Shown in pieces: positions 29,904-40,686 of a stretch of 64,000 nt of DNA. Below the pieces are notes generated by a model, which saw only the letters and a program-made list of their open reading frames with translations, made no database searches and was not told the origin of the DNA. Made by a program: the position numbers and the translations under genes. Location: the NCBI GenBank assembly GCA_977020255.1, contig CDROCS010004085.1:1-64000 (forward strand), in the 5' to 3' direction. How positions within the stretch are numbered: position 1 is the first letter of the stretch; every line of letters starts with the position of its first letter. Origin of the DNA: Obrimoposthia wandeli (Eukaryota).

Positions 29904-31674
29904 TTCATTGCTGCAATACTTTGAACAAGAGCTGAATTTTATTCGTGGTGAAGCAGCTCAGTTTGCAGATCGTCACCCTAGTTCTGCTCGCTCTTTAGGT
30001 ATTACAAAGGATGGTGTTGACGATCCACAAATAACGCGCTTAATCGAAAGTGTGGCTCTGTTAAATGGCCGTTTACAAAAGCGATTAGATGAGTCGTTCC
30101 CTGAATTAACCGATAGTTTAATTCGCTTGCTCTTTCCACACTATTTACGTCCGATTCCATCATACAGTATGCTCAATTTTGATGTGACTAGCGACGCCAG
30201 TGCAACACACAGTATTCCGGCAGGCACTGAATTTGAAATTGGTGATACCAGTAATAAAGCACTGTTTCGTACCACCAAAAATGTTGATTTATTTCCAGTC
30301 GAAATTGAAACAGTAAAGGTTGCATTCGCACCATTTGAAACGGTAAAGCCAGCAGGGGCCGAACAAGCGAAGGCTTTGATTGAAATCACTATTTCAGCAG
30401 TCGATGAAGGTATTGATATTTCTTTGCTCGCGATGGAAAGCCTTAACTTGAATCTAAAAGGTGAAAGCAGCTTTGCTCTAAAGCTGTATGACTTATTGGT
30501 TCATGGCACTTCTCAAGTTTGTATTCGAACCCAAAAGAGTACTCACATACTGGGTAAGCAATCAATCCAACCTATTGGCTTTGATGTGGATGACACTATA
30601 TTGCCTTATCAGGCTGCCAGCTTCGGTGGTTTTAAATTATTGACTGAATTTTTTGTATTTTCAGATCGGTTCAATGGTTTTACCGTGCAGCTTAATCAGG
30701 CATTAAAGGATTGTGTGAGTAACCGTTTTACCCTGCAAATTTACGTTGATGAATTAAGTGTCGATGTTGCACGAAGCCTATCTACTGAGCACTTCTCTCT
30801 GTTTTCAACCCCGATCGTTAACTTGCATCATATGGTCGCAGATCCTGTTGAAATAGATTTTTTACAAAAAGACTATCCGATAGTTCTTGATGCGACACAA
30901 GTTCAAGACTTAGAGCTTTTTTCAATAGATGAAGTTATCGACGTTACAACTTCTGATCTCGTCACTATCCCGCAAATATACGGCGAAAAATACAGTGGTT
31001 CACAAAGTGGTTTACGTTGGCAGTTAGTGCAAAAGTTACATGAAAGTGGCGAGCTAGAGAGTGCATTGAAGGTTGCCGATCTCGAACATAGCAGTCTAAC
31101 AAGCGAAAAACAGACTTGGCTAGTTAACGCGACAGTAACCAACGGTAGCAGAGTGGGCTCATTGCCGATAAATAGTTCAGTCGAGTGTATGGAATCGATC
31201 ACGATTCCTGCTGAGATGAGCTTACTTCGTCGCCCTTCGCTGCCCATTCGAAGTAAGGATAACAGCACTAATGTGTGGTCATTATTGTGCCATCTTCACT
31301 TTAATTATCACGCCATTCTAGGCAGTGACGATCCAAAATCGACCTTAAAAAATGTATTTGAACTTTATAACCACAACCACAGTTCACAAAACCAGCTCTA
31401 CATCGAATCTTTAGTTGCAATTGATCAAGAGCAAGTGGTGGCGCCGATCCGAGTTTCAGGTCGAACGTGTTTTGCCTATGGAACCAAAATTACAGTGACA
31501 CTCGATCCGACCAATGTTAACGGCGGAATTACCATGTTTAGCCATCTACTTGATCACTTTTTTGCTTTCTTTGCGGGCTTTAACAGCTTTACCCAAGTGG
31601 ATATCAAATTTGAAGGCCAAGATGCGTTGTATATCGCCTTCCCGAGGAGAACCGGATGCAAGAGTCTCCTCTAG
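29896..31674 (+). CDS. tssF: T6SS baseplate TssF
   Basis: YFEQELNFIR, DDPQITRLIESVALL, FPHYLRPIPS, LLTEFF, LFSTPIVNL and FNSFTQ; TTG start. Confidence 0.96.
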   Translation: MSDSLLQYFEQELNFIRGEAAQFADRHPSSARSLGITKDGVDDPQITRLIESVALLNGRLQKRLDESFPELTDSLIRLLFPHYLRPIPSYSMLNFDVTSDASATHSIPAGTEFEIGDTSNKALFRTTKNVDLFPVEIETVKVAFAPFETVKPAGAEQAKALIEITISAVDEGIDISLLAMESLNLNLKGESSFALKLYDLLVHGTSQVCIRTQKSTHILGKQSIQPIGFDVDDTILPYQAASFGGFKLLTEFFVFSDRFNGFTVQLNQALKDCVSNRFTLQIYVDELSVDVARSLSTEHFSLFSTPIVNLHHMVADPVEIDFLQKDYPIVLDATQVQDLELFSIDEVIDVTTSDLVTIPQIYGEKYSGSQSGLRWQLVQKLHESGELESALKVADLEHSSLTSEKQTWLVNATVTNGSRVGSLPINSSVECMESITIPAEMSLLRRPSLPIRSKDNSTNVWSLLCHLHFNYHAILGSDDPKSTLKNVFELYNHNHSSQNQLYIESLVAIDQEQVVAPIRVSGRTCFAYGTKITVTLDPTNVNGGITMFSHLLDHFFAFFAGFNSFTQVDIKFEGQDALYIAFPRRTGCKSLL

Positions 31675-32639
31675 TGCGTTTTGATGCAATGCAAAATCGT
31701 TCGGATCTTGAGCGGGTATGGCAATGGTTCAAGCACAAGGCGGATCATTTAGGTGTTCGTCCTAATGTTAGGTTCAGTGTTGAGCAGCTACCCGCTCATT
31801 ATCATAGCCATGTTACGCAAGTGTATGCGGATCGCGCTAATCATTATGTGGTGAAGACTTCTCTATCTGGTCTTTCTGGTAGCCAAGCCAGCATGCCTCG
31901 TTCCATGTATCAACAGGCACTAGTGACCAAATTTGACTTGGGTAATGAAGCGGCAGTTGATTTTTTTGACACATTCAATAATCGCTATTTTCGCCTCTAT
32001 TGCCAAGCGCAGTTAAAACACGACTTAACCAGTCAAATGGAAGAAGAAACGTTTGCTTGGAATCGTCATCAACATTCGCTGACGTCTATGTTGGCGAGCT
32101 TATGTGGTGTGGCAGAGAATAGTGAGTTTTTACCGCAACAGCATCTTATTCAGTACACCGGATTACTTGGATTGAAGCTCACTTGTCCTATCACGCTGAA
32201 GGAACTGCTAGAAGACTATTTTGAAGCGGAGTTTCAAATTGATCATAGCGAACTTGAGTATCAGCCGTTAACACCATGTTCATTAAGTAAATTAGGAAAT
32301 ACTGGTCAGAATACACGGCTGGGAATGGGAGCTTTGCTGGGTAAAACGACGCCAATGTTAGGTCAAAAACTGAGTATAAAAATTCGCCCGAAAGATTATC
32401 GCCACTACTTGGCTATCCGCCAAGATAGGAAAATGATCAAAGCTATTGATCATTTAGTGCGCAGTTACATGGGTATCAACATCAAATACAACTTATACAT
32501 GAGCGTAAATAGCCAGTATTTACCCCGAGTCAAGCTTACTAGCATTGCAGAGAAAGGGGTAAGGATAGGGCAGTCGGCTTGGATGAATAGTCGAGAAAAC
32601 AAAAAGCAATATGTAGATATGCCACTCACGATTAGTTAG
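31656..32639 (+). CDS. tssG: T6SS baseplate TssG
   Basis: SGLSGSQASMP, DFFDTFNNRYFRLY and LGMGALLG; position in the cluster. Confidence 0.92.
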   Translation: MQESPLVRFDAMQNRSDLERVWQWFKHKADHLGVRPNVRFSVEQLPAHYHSHVTQVYADRANHYVVKTSLSGLSGSQASMPRSMYQQALVTKFDLGNEAAVDFFDTFNNRYFRLYCQAQLKHDLTSQMEEETFAWNRHQHSLTSMLASLCGVAENSEFLPQQHLIQYTGLLGLKLTCPITLKELLEDYFEAEFQIDHSELEYQPLTPCSLSKLGNTGQNTRLGMGALLGKTTPMLGQKLSIKIRPKDYRHYLAIRQDRKMIKAIDHLVRSYMGINIKYNLYMSVNSQYLPRVKLTSIAEKGVRIGQSAWMNSRENKKQYVDMPLTIS

Positions 32640-32647
32640 GACAAATA

Positions 32648-35260
32648 ATGATAAACATTGAATTACAAAGTCTGGTAAAGCGACTTGCACCCAACGTGAA
32701 GGCATCGTTAGAGTCTGCTGCTGGCGATTGTGTAAAACAAGGGCATTATGCAGTTGAATTAGAACATTGGTTCATTCAATTGTTACAACAGTCGTCTCAA
32801 GGTTGGTCTGCTGCAGTAGATAAAGCCGCGATAGCGAAAGAGCGCTTAATTGAGCAGTTACAAGACAACTTGTCTACATTCGGTCGTGGTAATGATGCAT
32901 CACCCGCTTTATCACCACAGTTAGTCGAAATGATTAAAGACGCGTGGATGATCGCATCGCTAAATCACGCTCAATTAATGGTAAATGAATATCATCTACT
33001 GTTGGTTCTCAAGCAACGCATTGAGCAAGGGGCTTATAACGGCCCATTAAGCCAATGGCTAAAAGTATTGTCGTCTGAGTGGTTAAAAACTCAAGCGAAG
33101 GCCGCTACAACCCCCAGTTACCTTGAGTCGACGTCGGCCCAAAGCATGGAGCAATCATTTAATGCCTCAGGCACGCCAGCGCTGGATAAGTACTCGCAAA
33201 ATTTAACCGAGGCAGCTCGAAATGGTCAGCTAGATCCTATTTCTGGCCGTGGTGACGAAATTCGAAAGTCTATCGATATCTTGTGTCGTCGTCGTCAAAA
33301 TAGCCCGATTTTAGTTGGCGACCCAGGCGTTGGAAAAACGGCTATCGTGGAAGGGCTAGCACAACAAATTGTCGACGGCAACGTGCCGCCTGCGTTGCAA
33401 AATGTAGAATTAAGAAGCCTTGACCTGTCACTTCTACAAGCTGGCGCAAGCATAAAGGGTGAGTTTGAAAACCGCTTGAAAGACGTTATCAATGAAATTA
33501 AGCAATCAACAACGCCAATCATCATGTTTATTGATGAAGCCCATACTCTCATTGGTGCTGGTGGCGCTGCTGGGCAAAATGATGCTGCGAACATTCTAAA
33601 ACCAGCTCTTGCGCGTGGTGAGTTTCGTTCTCTTGCTGCTACAACGTGGGCTGAATATAAGCAATATTTTGAATCTGATGCTGCATTGACTCGCCGTTTT
33701 CAAGTCGTTGCCATTGATGAACCTAGCGAAAATAATGCAGTACATATGCTACGTGGTGTTAAAAAGAGCTTAGAAAAACATCACAATGTGAAAGTGATGC
33801 AAGAAGCCATTGATGCTGCGGTATCACTCTCTGTTCGTTATCTGCCGGAAAGAAAGCTCCCTGATAAAGCCATTAGCCTGTTAGACACCGCTTGTTCACG
33901 GATTGGTTTAAGTCAAAGTGCAACCCCAAGCCAATTGGATGCGATTGAAGAGCAAATTCGATACACCAGAAATGAGATCGAGACTTTACTTCATGAAGCA
34001 GCTTTATGGTCGATTGAAGATGGTCGTATTGATATTGCGCAGACTCATTTAGTAGAGCTAGAGCAGCGTCGAGAAGGATTAGCTGGTCGCTGGGATCAAG
34101 AGAAGCAGTTAGTTGAGCATATCATTGAGCTGCAAAATGAACTTGATGGACTGTACGTTGAAGGTAACGACATCGCTTTGCACCCGAGCAAAGCCCTGCT
34201 AGCCGAAAAAATGACGGAACTGCGTAACATTCAAGGTGAGCAGCCATTGGTGTTACCACAAGTATCGCAACAAACTATTGCTGAAGTGATTGCACTTTGG
34301 ACTGGTGTTCCTGTTGGTAACATGCTGGCTGAAGAAGTGGATTGCCTCATGCACCTTGAAAGCCACATTGGTGAACGTGTGATTGGTCAAGTCACGCCTA
34401 TTGCCGAAATATCTCAAGCGATTCGTATGTCTCGTGCTGGCTTAACCGATCCTCGTAAACCTGTCGGTGTATTCCTGATGTGCGGGCCGAGTGGGGTGGG
34501 TAAAACTGAAACCGCCTTGGCGTTAACCGACATTTTATATGGTGGTGAACGCAATATTACCACCATCAACATGACTGAATTTAAAGAAGAACACAAAGTT
34601 TCGATGTTGCTAGGTTCTCCTGCTGGTTACGTTGGCTATGGCAAAGGCGGCGTGTTGACAGAAGCCGTGCGTAAAAATCCTTACTCAGTTCTGTTGCTTG
34701 ATGAAATGGAAAAAGCACACCCAGGTGTTCACGATATTTTCTATCAAATTTTTGATAAGGGTTCTATTTCTGATAGCGAAGGTCGAAATGTTGATTTTCG
34801 TAACACCATTATCATTATGACATCGAACGCGGCAGACAGTGCCGTCGTTAATGCTTGTGTGAATGAAAGACCTGCAGTTCCTGAACTCACGCAGGCAATC
34901 TTCCCTGAATTACAGCGTTTCTTTAAACCGGCATTCTTAGGTCGAGCGACGATTGTTCCTTATTTTCCTCTTGATGATGAAGAGATGGCGAAAATCGCGC
35001 AATTATCACTACGACGCATAGAGAAGCGTGTGACAGCTCATTACAACGCGACGTTTACTTACGAACCACAAGTCATTGATTTATTAATCTCGATGAATCA
35101 GTCGCCGGAAACTGGTGCTCGTGCGATTGAACAGTTGATCAATCGACAACTTATGCCTGAACTCGCGAATCAGTGCATCGTAAAAATGAGCCAAGGTGAA
35201 CTTATCAACTCAGTCAATATTAGTATCGACAATCATCAGTTCCAAATAGATATTGAGTAA
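32648..35260 (+). CDS. tssH: T6SS ATPase ClpV/TssH
   Basis: Two AAA+ modules (GDPGVGKT, FIDEAH; GPSGVGKT, LLDEMEKAH) plus GEFENRLK. Confidence 0.98.
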   Translation: MINIELQSLVKRLAPNVKASLESAAGDCVKQGHYAVELEHWFIQLLQQSSQGWSAAVDKAAIAKERLIEQLQDNLSTFGRGNDASPALSPQLVEMIKDAWMIASLNHAQLMVNEYHLLLVLKQRIEQGAYNGPLSQWLKVLSSEWLKTQAKAATTPSYLESTSAQSMEQSFNASGTPALDKYSQNLTEAARNGQLDPISGRGDEIRKSIDILCRRRQNSPILVGDPGVGKTAIVEGLAQQIVDGNVPPALQNVELRSLDLSLLQAGASIKGEFENRLKDVINEIKQSTTPIIMFIDEAHTLIGAGGAAGQNDAANILKPALARGEFRSLAATTWAEYKQYFESDAALTRRFQVVAIDEPSENNAVHMLRGVKKSLEKHHNVKVMQEAIDAAVSLSVRYLPERKLPDKAISLLDTACSRIGLSQSATPSQLDAIEEQIRYTRNEIETLLHEAALWSIEDGRIDIAQTHLVELEQRREGLAGRWDQEKQLVEHIIELQNELDGLYVEGNDIALHPSKALLAEKMTELRNIQGEQPLVLPQVSQQTIAEVIALWTGVPVGNMLAEEVDCLMHLESHIGERVIGQVTPIAEISQAIRMSRAGLTDPRKPVGVFLMCGPSGVGKTETALALTDILYGGERNITTINMTEFKEEHKVSMLLGSPAGYVGYGKGGVLTEAVRKNPYSVLLLDEMEKAHPGVHDIFYQIFDKGSISDSEGRNVDFRNTIIIMTSNAADSAVVNACVNERPAVPELTQAIFPELQRFFKPAFLGRATIVPYFPLDDEEMAKIAQLSLRRIEKRVTAHYNATFTYEPQVIDLLISMNQSPETGARAIEQLINRQLMPELANQCIVKMSQGELINSVNISIDNHQFQIDIE

Positions 35261-35414
35261 ATACAGTCACTCTAACAATGAGTGATACGAGATGGATGGG
35301 TCTGTAAGTGGTCTGCCATTTATAACGATTATAAAGATAACTTTTTTGCTATTCGACTATTCACTTGCTTTGGCAATTTCGGTCTTTGAATAGCGCTTGT
35401 TGTAGGTAAATAAA

Positions 35415-36569
35415 ATGCAAAACGAAGTATTTTCACTCACTCAGCTAGAGTGGATCCGTAATAACCTTAAGATTGCTGTGATTCACGGTGGTGATAAATC
35501 GCAAACACAAAGCTATATTTTTGAGAATTTGAGCCCTCGTTCGACGAAGACTTATGCGCCTGTGGCCCATGATATCGCCAATGCGTTACGTGAATCTGGC
35601 TTTGATTCAGTTGAAGTTTTAGCTGAAGACATTCACTTAGCTAAGCAACTAGAAAGTAAAAAAATCGATTTAGTGATCACTAATAGTGGTGGGCTGCAAG
35701 GTTTTGATGCTATGTGCCATTTGCCGTCGACATTAGAAATGTTAGGTGTACCTTATGTCGGTCATTCGCCAATGACTGCTGGCATTTTAGATAATAAACA
35801 CCTGTTTAAACATGAAATTAAAGCGGCAGGCCTGCCAACGGCACCATTTATCACTATCGGCATTGATGAAGATTTTGAGAGTGATAGTAACCAGCAAGCA
35901 CTTGATGATATTTCGAGTAGTTTCCCGCATGGATTTGTGGTTAAACCTGTTTCTGGCCGTGCTTCGATACACGTTTATCCAGTATTCGATCGCGCAGACC
36001 TTAAAGCAGTCGTAAGCAAGGTGAAAAACGCGACTAATAACATCGTGATGATTGAACCATTTCTGCCTGGTCGAGAGTTTGTGGTTGCCGTTGCTGGGGA
36101 ATATATTTTTAAAAATGGCGAATTGACTCAATCGACAACCCCATTAGCCTTCTCAATTACAGAGCGCATATTAGAAGCTGACGAACCTATTTTTACCTCG
36201 ATGGATGTAAAACCCATTACTCAAGATCGCTTAGTGGCGGTCAATGAGCCAGTCTTACGTGCACAGTTAGCGGATATTGGACAAAAAATCTATCGTCAAT
36301 TGGGATTGCAAACATTAGTACGCGTCGATTTACGCATGGACGAAGTAGGCAACTTGTATGTTTTAGAAACCAACCCTAAACCTGATCTTAAACGACCTGA
36401 AGGCAGTAAGGTTAGCTTAGTCTGTCATGATTTGGGACGCGAAGGGATGAATTACTCTGATCTTATCCAATCATTGGTTTTCAACCGTTTGTCATTTTTA
36501 AAGTCAAAACGTCCAATGGCGCTCAAACATTGTTTTAACTTACAGTTTGATCAAATGGCTGGCGTTTAA
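35415..36569 (+). CDS. D-Ala-D-Ala ligase-like ATP-grasp enzyme
   Basis: IAVIHGG, LEMLGVPYVG, DNKHLFK, VVKP, IEPFLPGREF and RVDLRMD..GNLYVLETNPKP. Confidence 0.88.
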   Translation: MQNEVFSLTQLEWIRNNLKIAVIHGGDKSQTQSYIFENLSPRSTKTYAPVAHDIANALRESGFDSVEVLAEDIHLAKQLESKKIDLVITNSGGLQGFDAMCHLPSTLEMLGVPYVGHSPMTAGILDNKHLFKHEIKAAGLPTAPFITIGIDEDFESDSNQQALDDISSSFPHGFVVKPVSGRASIHVYPVFDRADLKAVVSKVKNATNNIVMIEPFLPGREFVVAVAGEYIFKNGELTQSTTPLAFSITERILEADEPIFTSMDVKPITQDRLVAVNEPVLRAQLADIGQKIYRQLGLQTLVRVDLRMDEVGNLYVLETNPKPDLKRPEGSKVSLVCHDLGREGMNYSDLIQSLVFNRLSFLKSKRPMALKHCFNLQFDQMAGV

Positions 36570-36571
36570 AC

Positions 36572-38776
36572 GTGAGTTTGCAGACTTTGAGGCAACATAG
36601 CCGATTGATTCTAGGCGCCTTATTGGTTTTCGTTTCGTTATCGCTTATTTTTGTAGTTGGTTATGCGCAAGCGTTGAAAGGTTACCAACAACAAAGCCGC
36701 GACGCCGTATTGGCACAAACAGAAGCGGCGCGAATTGGTTTAGAGCAAATCTTAAGTTCTGGCGTACCCCTACAAGATATTGCTGGGTTAGAGAAAGTGC
36801 TGTCGCCGATTGTAGATGCGGATCGTTCCGTGGTAGATATTCGCGTTATCTCTGGTCAGCAAGAGCTCTATCGTTATACCACCGATAATTTTGAGGCCAG
36901 TCGAATATCGATACCACTGCGTAATAAGTTTACTCAGGTCGGCTCGCTAGAGGTTTTACTCAGTGACGTAGAAGTGACAAAGGCCATCAACGAAAGTTTT
37001 GCTCCGATGGCGTGGTTAATCGCGATTTCAGTCGCGTTATTTGTCTTTATGGTTTTGCAAAGCCAACAAGCAAAAATCTATTTTACAGCGTTTGGTGTCG
37101 TGTTCATCGCGATGTCGTTCAGCGTAATTTTGATGGTAGGGGCTTTATATAAATCAGGCTTAGAAAATAAAGCTAATTCAATGGCTAATATTGTTACTCA
37201 TCGTTTATCTCCTGTGCTTAATCTCGGTATCGATCCTGAACGAGTGAGCGGCATGGACGAGATGTTGGCAAGTTTCCGACAGGCGAATGATGAAGTCTCC
37301 AGTATTACTGTCGAGCACCAATCTCAGGTTATTGCTCGTAGCGCCACTGAAGGTGAAATGATGGGATCTGAGAGTTTGGCTCAGTTCCCTATTTCAGATT
37401 CGATGGGTAATCAAGTAACGATCTCATTTCATCCTAAAGTGCTGTTGTCTCAGTTGATTAATATTCTGAAGAACTTTGCGATTCTTTTTGCTGGGTGTGC
37501 GTTTATTTGTTTTGCTTTTATCCGACTACTCAGCCGTTCAGATAATGACAGTCAGGCGGAAGTGGTATTGGCACAAGTGAAGCCATTACTGTTAGTGACG
37601 GTATTAATGGAGTCGTTAATGGCTCCTGTATTACCTCAGTATCTAGCGGATGTAGCGCTATCAAATGGCTTAGATGCGGGGTGGACCTCTTATTTCTTTA
37701 CCCTGTACTTTGTGGGTTTTGCTTGTTCTCTACTACCTGTATCGAGATTGGTGGAGCAATTGGATATTCGCCGCGTATTAGCGAGTGGCATCGTGCTATC
37801 TAGCGTTGGCTGCTTGTTGTTAATGTACGAGGAGTACTTAGCGCTTATTTTGCTTGCTCGCTTTATTTCAGGCGTCGGCCAGGCAACGATTTTTGTGGCG
37901 ATTCAAGCGTATATTTTACGATTTAGCGATAAAACCAATAAAACTCAAGCCGCCGGAATCATTGTATTTTGTTTTAATGCGGGCTTTATTTCTGGAGCGG
38001 GTATTGGCGCTTTGTTAGCGGATGCGCTTGGTATCAACGGAATCTTCTTATTATCGGCATTGGTCGGTGGTTTGATGTTTGTGTTTAGCATGGTGTTACC
38101 TTCAATGGTTCCTGATAAGCAGGTGGGTGGAAGTCTACGTGGCTCTCTTCAGTCGATGTTAAGTGGGTGTGCTGCTTTGCTTCGTGTCCCTTCGTTTATG
38201 CGCACTATGGTGTTGGTCGGTATTCCAACCAAGATGATGCTGACTGGCGTAGTGTTTTTTGCCGTGCCTATTTTACTTAGCGAAAAAGGCGTGACGAAAG
38301 AGAGCATTGGCCAAGTATTAATGGCTTATGCTTTCGCTGTTTTGTTTGTTAGTGGCAAAGTTGCCCCGATGATTGACCGCATTGGTTCAACTAAATGGGC
38401 ATTGTGTCTTGGTAATCTGATTGCGTCTATCTCTTTGGCTATGCTTGGCACCGTCTTCTTAGTACAAGATAGTACTTACGCGGTTCTAATCGCGACAGGA
38501 TCAATGCTGGTTATGGGGTTAGCTCACGGTTTTGTAAACGCCCCTGTCGTCACCCATGTTGTGAATACCACTAGTGATAATGATGCCAACATGGTTGCGA
38601 CCACGTATCGATTTTTAGAAAGACTCGGCCATGTATTAGGCGCAATTGTGGTAGGGCAACTTTTGATGCTTGTCGGTAACAGTGCAACATTTTGGGTGCT
38701 AAGTGGTTTCTTCTTAGTGGCGAGTGGTTCGCTTTGGTTATTTGACCGACCAAGCAAGCAAGGAGTCAGCGCATGA
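36572..38776 (+). CDS. MFS transporter fused to an N-terminal membrane/periplasmic domain
   Basis: The C-terminal ~400 aa has about 12 hydrophobic helices with MFS-like motifs (VEQLDIRR, LLARFISGVGQA). The N-terminal ~320 aa alternates TM helices and soluble loops. Confidence 0.88.
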   Translation: MSLQTLRQHSRLILGALLVFVSLSLIFVVGYAQALKGYQQQSRDAVLAQTEAARIGLEQILSSGVPLQDIAGLEKVLSPIVDADRSVVDIRVISGQQELYRYTTDNFEASRISIPLRNKFTQVGSLEVLLSDVEVTKAINESFAPMAWLIAISVALFVFMVLQSQQAKIYFTAFGVVFIAMSFSVILMVGALYKSGLENKANSMANIVTHRLSPVLNLGIDPERVSGMDEMLASFRQANDEVSSITVEHQSQVIARSATEGEMMGSESLAQFPISDSMGNQVTISFHPKVLLSQLINILKNFAILFAGCAFICFAFIRLLSRSDNDSQAEVVLAQVKPLLLVTVLMESLMAPVLPQYLADVALSNGLDAGWTSYFFTLYFVGFACSLLPVSRLVEQLDIRRVLASGIVLSSVGCLLLMYEEYLALILLARFISGVGQATIFVAIQAYILRFSDKTNKTQAAGIIVFCFNAGFISGAGIGALLADALGINGIFLLSALVGGLMFVFSMVLPSMVPDKQVGGSLRGSLQSMLSGCAALLRVPSFMRTMVLVGIPTKMMLTGVVFFAVPILLSEKGVTKESIGQVLMAYAFAVLFVSGKVAPMIDRIGSTKWALCLGNLIASISLAMLGTVFLVQDSTYAVLIATGSMLVMGLAHGFVNAPVVTHVVNTTSDNDANMVATTYRFLERLGHVLGAIVVGQLLMLVGNSATFWVLSGFFLVASGSLWLFDRPSKQGVSA

Positions 38777-39921
38777 GAATTCGCCTTCTAATATCGATGT
38801 TAAGTGTGCTTGTGCTGCCGTTGATATTTTCCCCGGTATTGGCTGATATTCCCGATTGGTTAGGTGCTGATTTAGAGGTGTCGACAAAACTCGCGTGGGA
38901 AACGACAACTAACGAGCAATATGTCGATTTTATTCCGCGTAATAAATATCCGAAAGTGTGGGTATTGGTTTCACGTAAAGCCAATTCGTATGACACGGCA
39001 TTAGCCACCATGCTCAATGTATTTAGACGAGAGCTAGGTAATGCGACTTTTCGAGTATTCCTGCTTCCCGCAACAGACGATGCGATTATTCGATGGACAA
39101 AATTGGCGGAGAGTAAGGCCGATTTGATTTATACCGTTGGTTCTAAGGCAACCGTACAACTGCATGAATTGTACGCGGGTCAGCGACTACCGGTAGTATC
39201 AGTCAATGCAAAAGATCCGGTTTTACTTGGATTAACTAATAATTATCTTAGCAGCAATAACAACTTTGCGTTTACGTCATTAAACCTTCCTGCAGATATT
39301 ACACTGAATTTTCTGCTTAAATTTAAACCTGAATTAAGCCAAATCGGAGTGTTGTACGCGAAGAAAAATACCAGTGCTTATCTCACTCAATATTTACCGT
39401 TAAAGAAAGAAGCACAAAAACGAGGAATTGAAATCGTCACCTTCGAAGTCGATGAAAGCCAAGCGGATTCTTCATTAGAAATGGTCATGCAATCCCAAGT
39501 GAAGCAAATGCAGCTTTTAGATCCAAACCAATCAATCTTATGGCTAACAGGCAGTTCAAGCCTTTTGGACCGAATTGACGAAATTAATCAATTGGCCGAA
39601 GGCATACCGCTTCTGACTGTCGTACCTGATGCGGTGAACAACACTGAGCAAAGTGCCTTGATGTCTGTTGGCGTCAGCTTTGAGAATAACGCGCATCAAG
39701 CGGCTCTCTATGGGGTAAGAATTTTGCGAGATGGCGTCTTGCCGAGAGATCTGCCTGTGGGCGTATTATCGCCACCAGATATCTCGATCAACTTTAAGCA
39801 AGCTGAAGCAATTAAAGCGCAGATCCCATTCGTGTTAATCGAAATGGCAAGCGATCTTTATGCCCCTGATGGTAATGCTATTCGCGCTGCGGGCATGACA
39901 ATGCGGGGAGAAACTCAATGA
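38773..39921 (+). CDS. ABC-type periplasmic substrate-binding protein (ABC_sub_bind-like)
   Basis: Signal peptide, DLIYTVGSKAT, PVVSVNAKDP..LG, IGVLY and PPDISINFKQA. Confidence 0.8.
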   Translation: MRIRLLISMLSVLVLPLIFSPVLADIPDWLGADLEVSTKLAWETTTNEQYVDFIPRNKYPKVWVLVSRKANSYDTALATMLNVFRRELGNATFRVFLLPATDDAIIRWTKLAESKADLIYTVGSKATVQLHELYAGQRLPVVSVNAKDPVLLGLTNNYLSSNNNFAFTSLNLPADITLNFLLKFKPELSQIGVLYAKKNTSAYLTQYLPLKKEAQKRGIEIVTFEVDESQADSSLEMVMQSQVKQMQLLDPNQSILWLTGSSSLLDRIDEINQLAEGIPLLTVVPDAVNNTEQSALMSVGVSFENNAHQAALYGVRILRDGVLPRDLPVGVLSPPDISINFKQAEAIKAQIPFVLIEMASDLYAPDGNAIRAAGMTMRGETQ

Positions 39922-40685
39922 TTGGTTTACATACTCTAGTTCAATGTTCACTACCTGTTTATTTATCCAAGTGGCTGAACCGTAATATTGTCATCATTTT
40001 TGCCTTGTTAGGATTGTTCAGTTACCCACAACTGACTTTCGCTTATGGAAAACCAGAACGTTTACTGCTCGCTACGCAGGAATGGTTCCCTTATCAATAC
40101 CAAGAAAAAGGTGTGATGAAAGGACCAGGAATAGACAAAATTAAGTGCGTAATGCGTGCGATGAAACAGCCTTATCAAATAACAATGACAAGTTGGGATA
40201 GAGCTCAGCTATTGACTGAAGTGGGTACTCAACATGGGTTCTTCTTAGCGTCTCATAATGTTAAGCGAGATGAATATGCTATCTACTCAGACCAAATTGA
40301 ACAGCAAAATTGGAGCTGGTTCTCTTTATCTGATGCTACGGATGTTGATAGTGCGATGTTTAAAAGCCAAGTTGAAGTCGTTGCCCTATTTGGGTCAAAC
40401 AAATGGTTTTGGCTGCAGAAAAATGGTTATCGCGCATCGATGAAACCACGCAGTGCCAAAGCGATGATTGACCTGATGTTAAAAGGGGAGGTCGGCGCAA
40501 TTTTAGGCAATGACGCAGTGATAGAAGAGACCATTAAACAGATGGGAATTAGCTATCGAGCGATCTCAAAAACACAGGTGAAATCGCAACCGTTAGGCGC
40601 ATATTTTTCAAAGTCATTTGTAAAAGAATATCCACAATTTGTTGATGAATTTAACCGTGCTACACAACAGTGTAAGGGGAACTAA
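39918..40685 (+). CDS. Amino-acid-type periplasmic binding protein (SBP_bac_3-like)
   Basis: ATQEWFPYQY, G.GIDKIKCVM..M, WDRAQ and YFSKSFV..YP.FV..FN. Confidence 0.82.
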   Translation: MIGLHTLVQCSLPVYLSKWLNRNIVIIFALLGLFSYPQLTFAYGKPERLLLATQEWFPYQYQEKGVMKGPGIDKIKCVMRAMKQPYQITMTSWDRAQLLTEVGTQHGFFLASHNVKRDEYAIYSDQIEQQNWSWFSLSDATDVDSAMFKSQVEVVALFGSNKWFWLQKNGYRASMKPRSAKAMIDLMLKGEVGAILGNDAVIEETIKQMGISYRAISKTQVKSQPLGAYFSKSFVKEYPQFVDEFNRATQQCKGN

Positions 40686-40686
40686 C

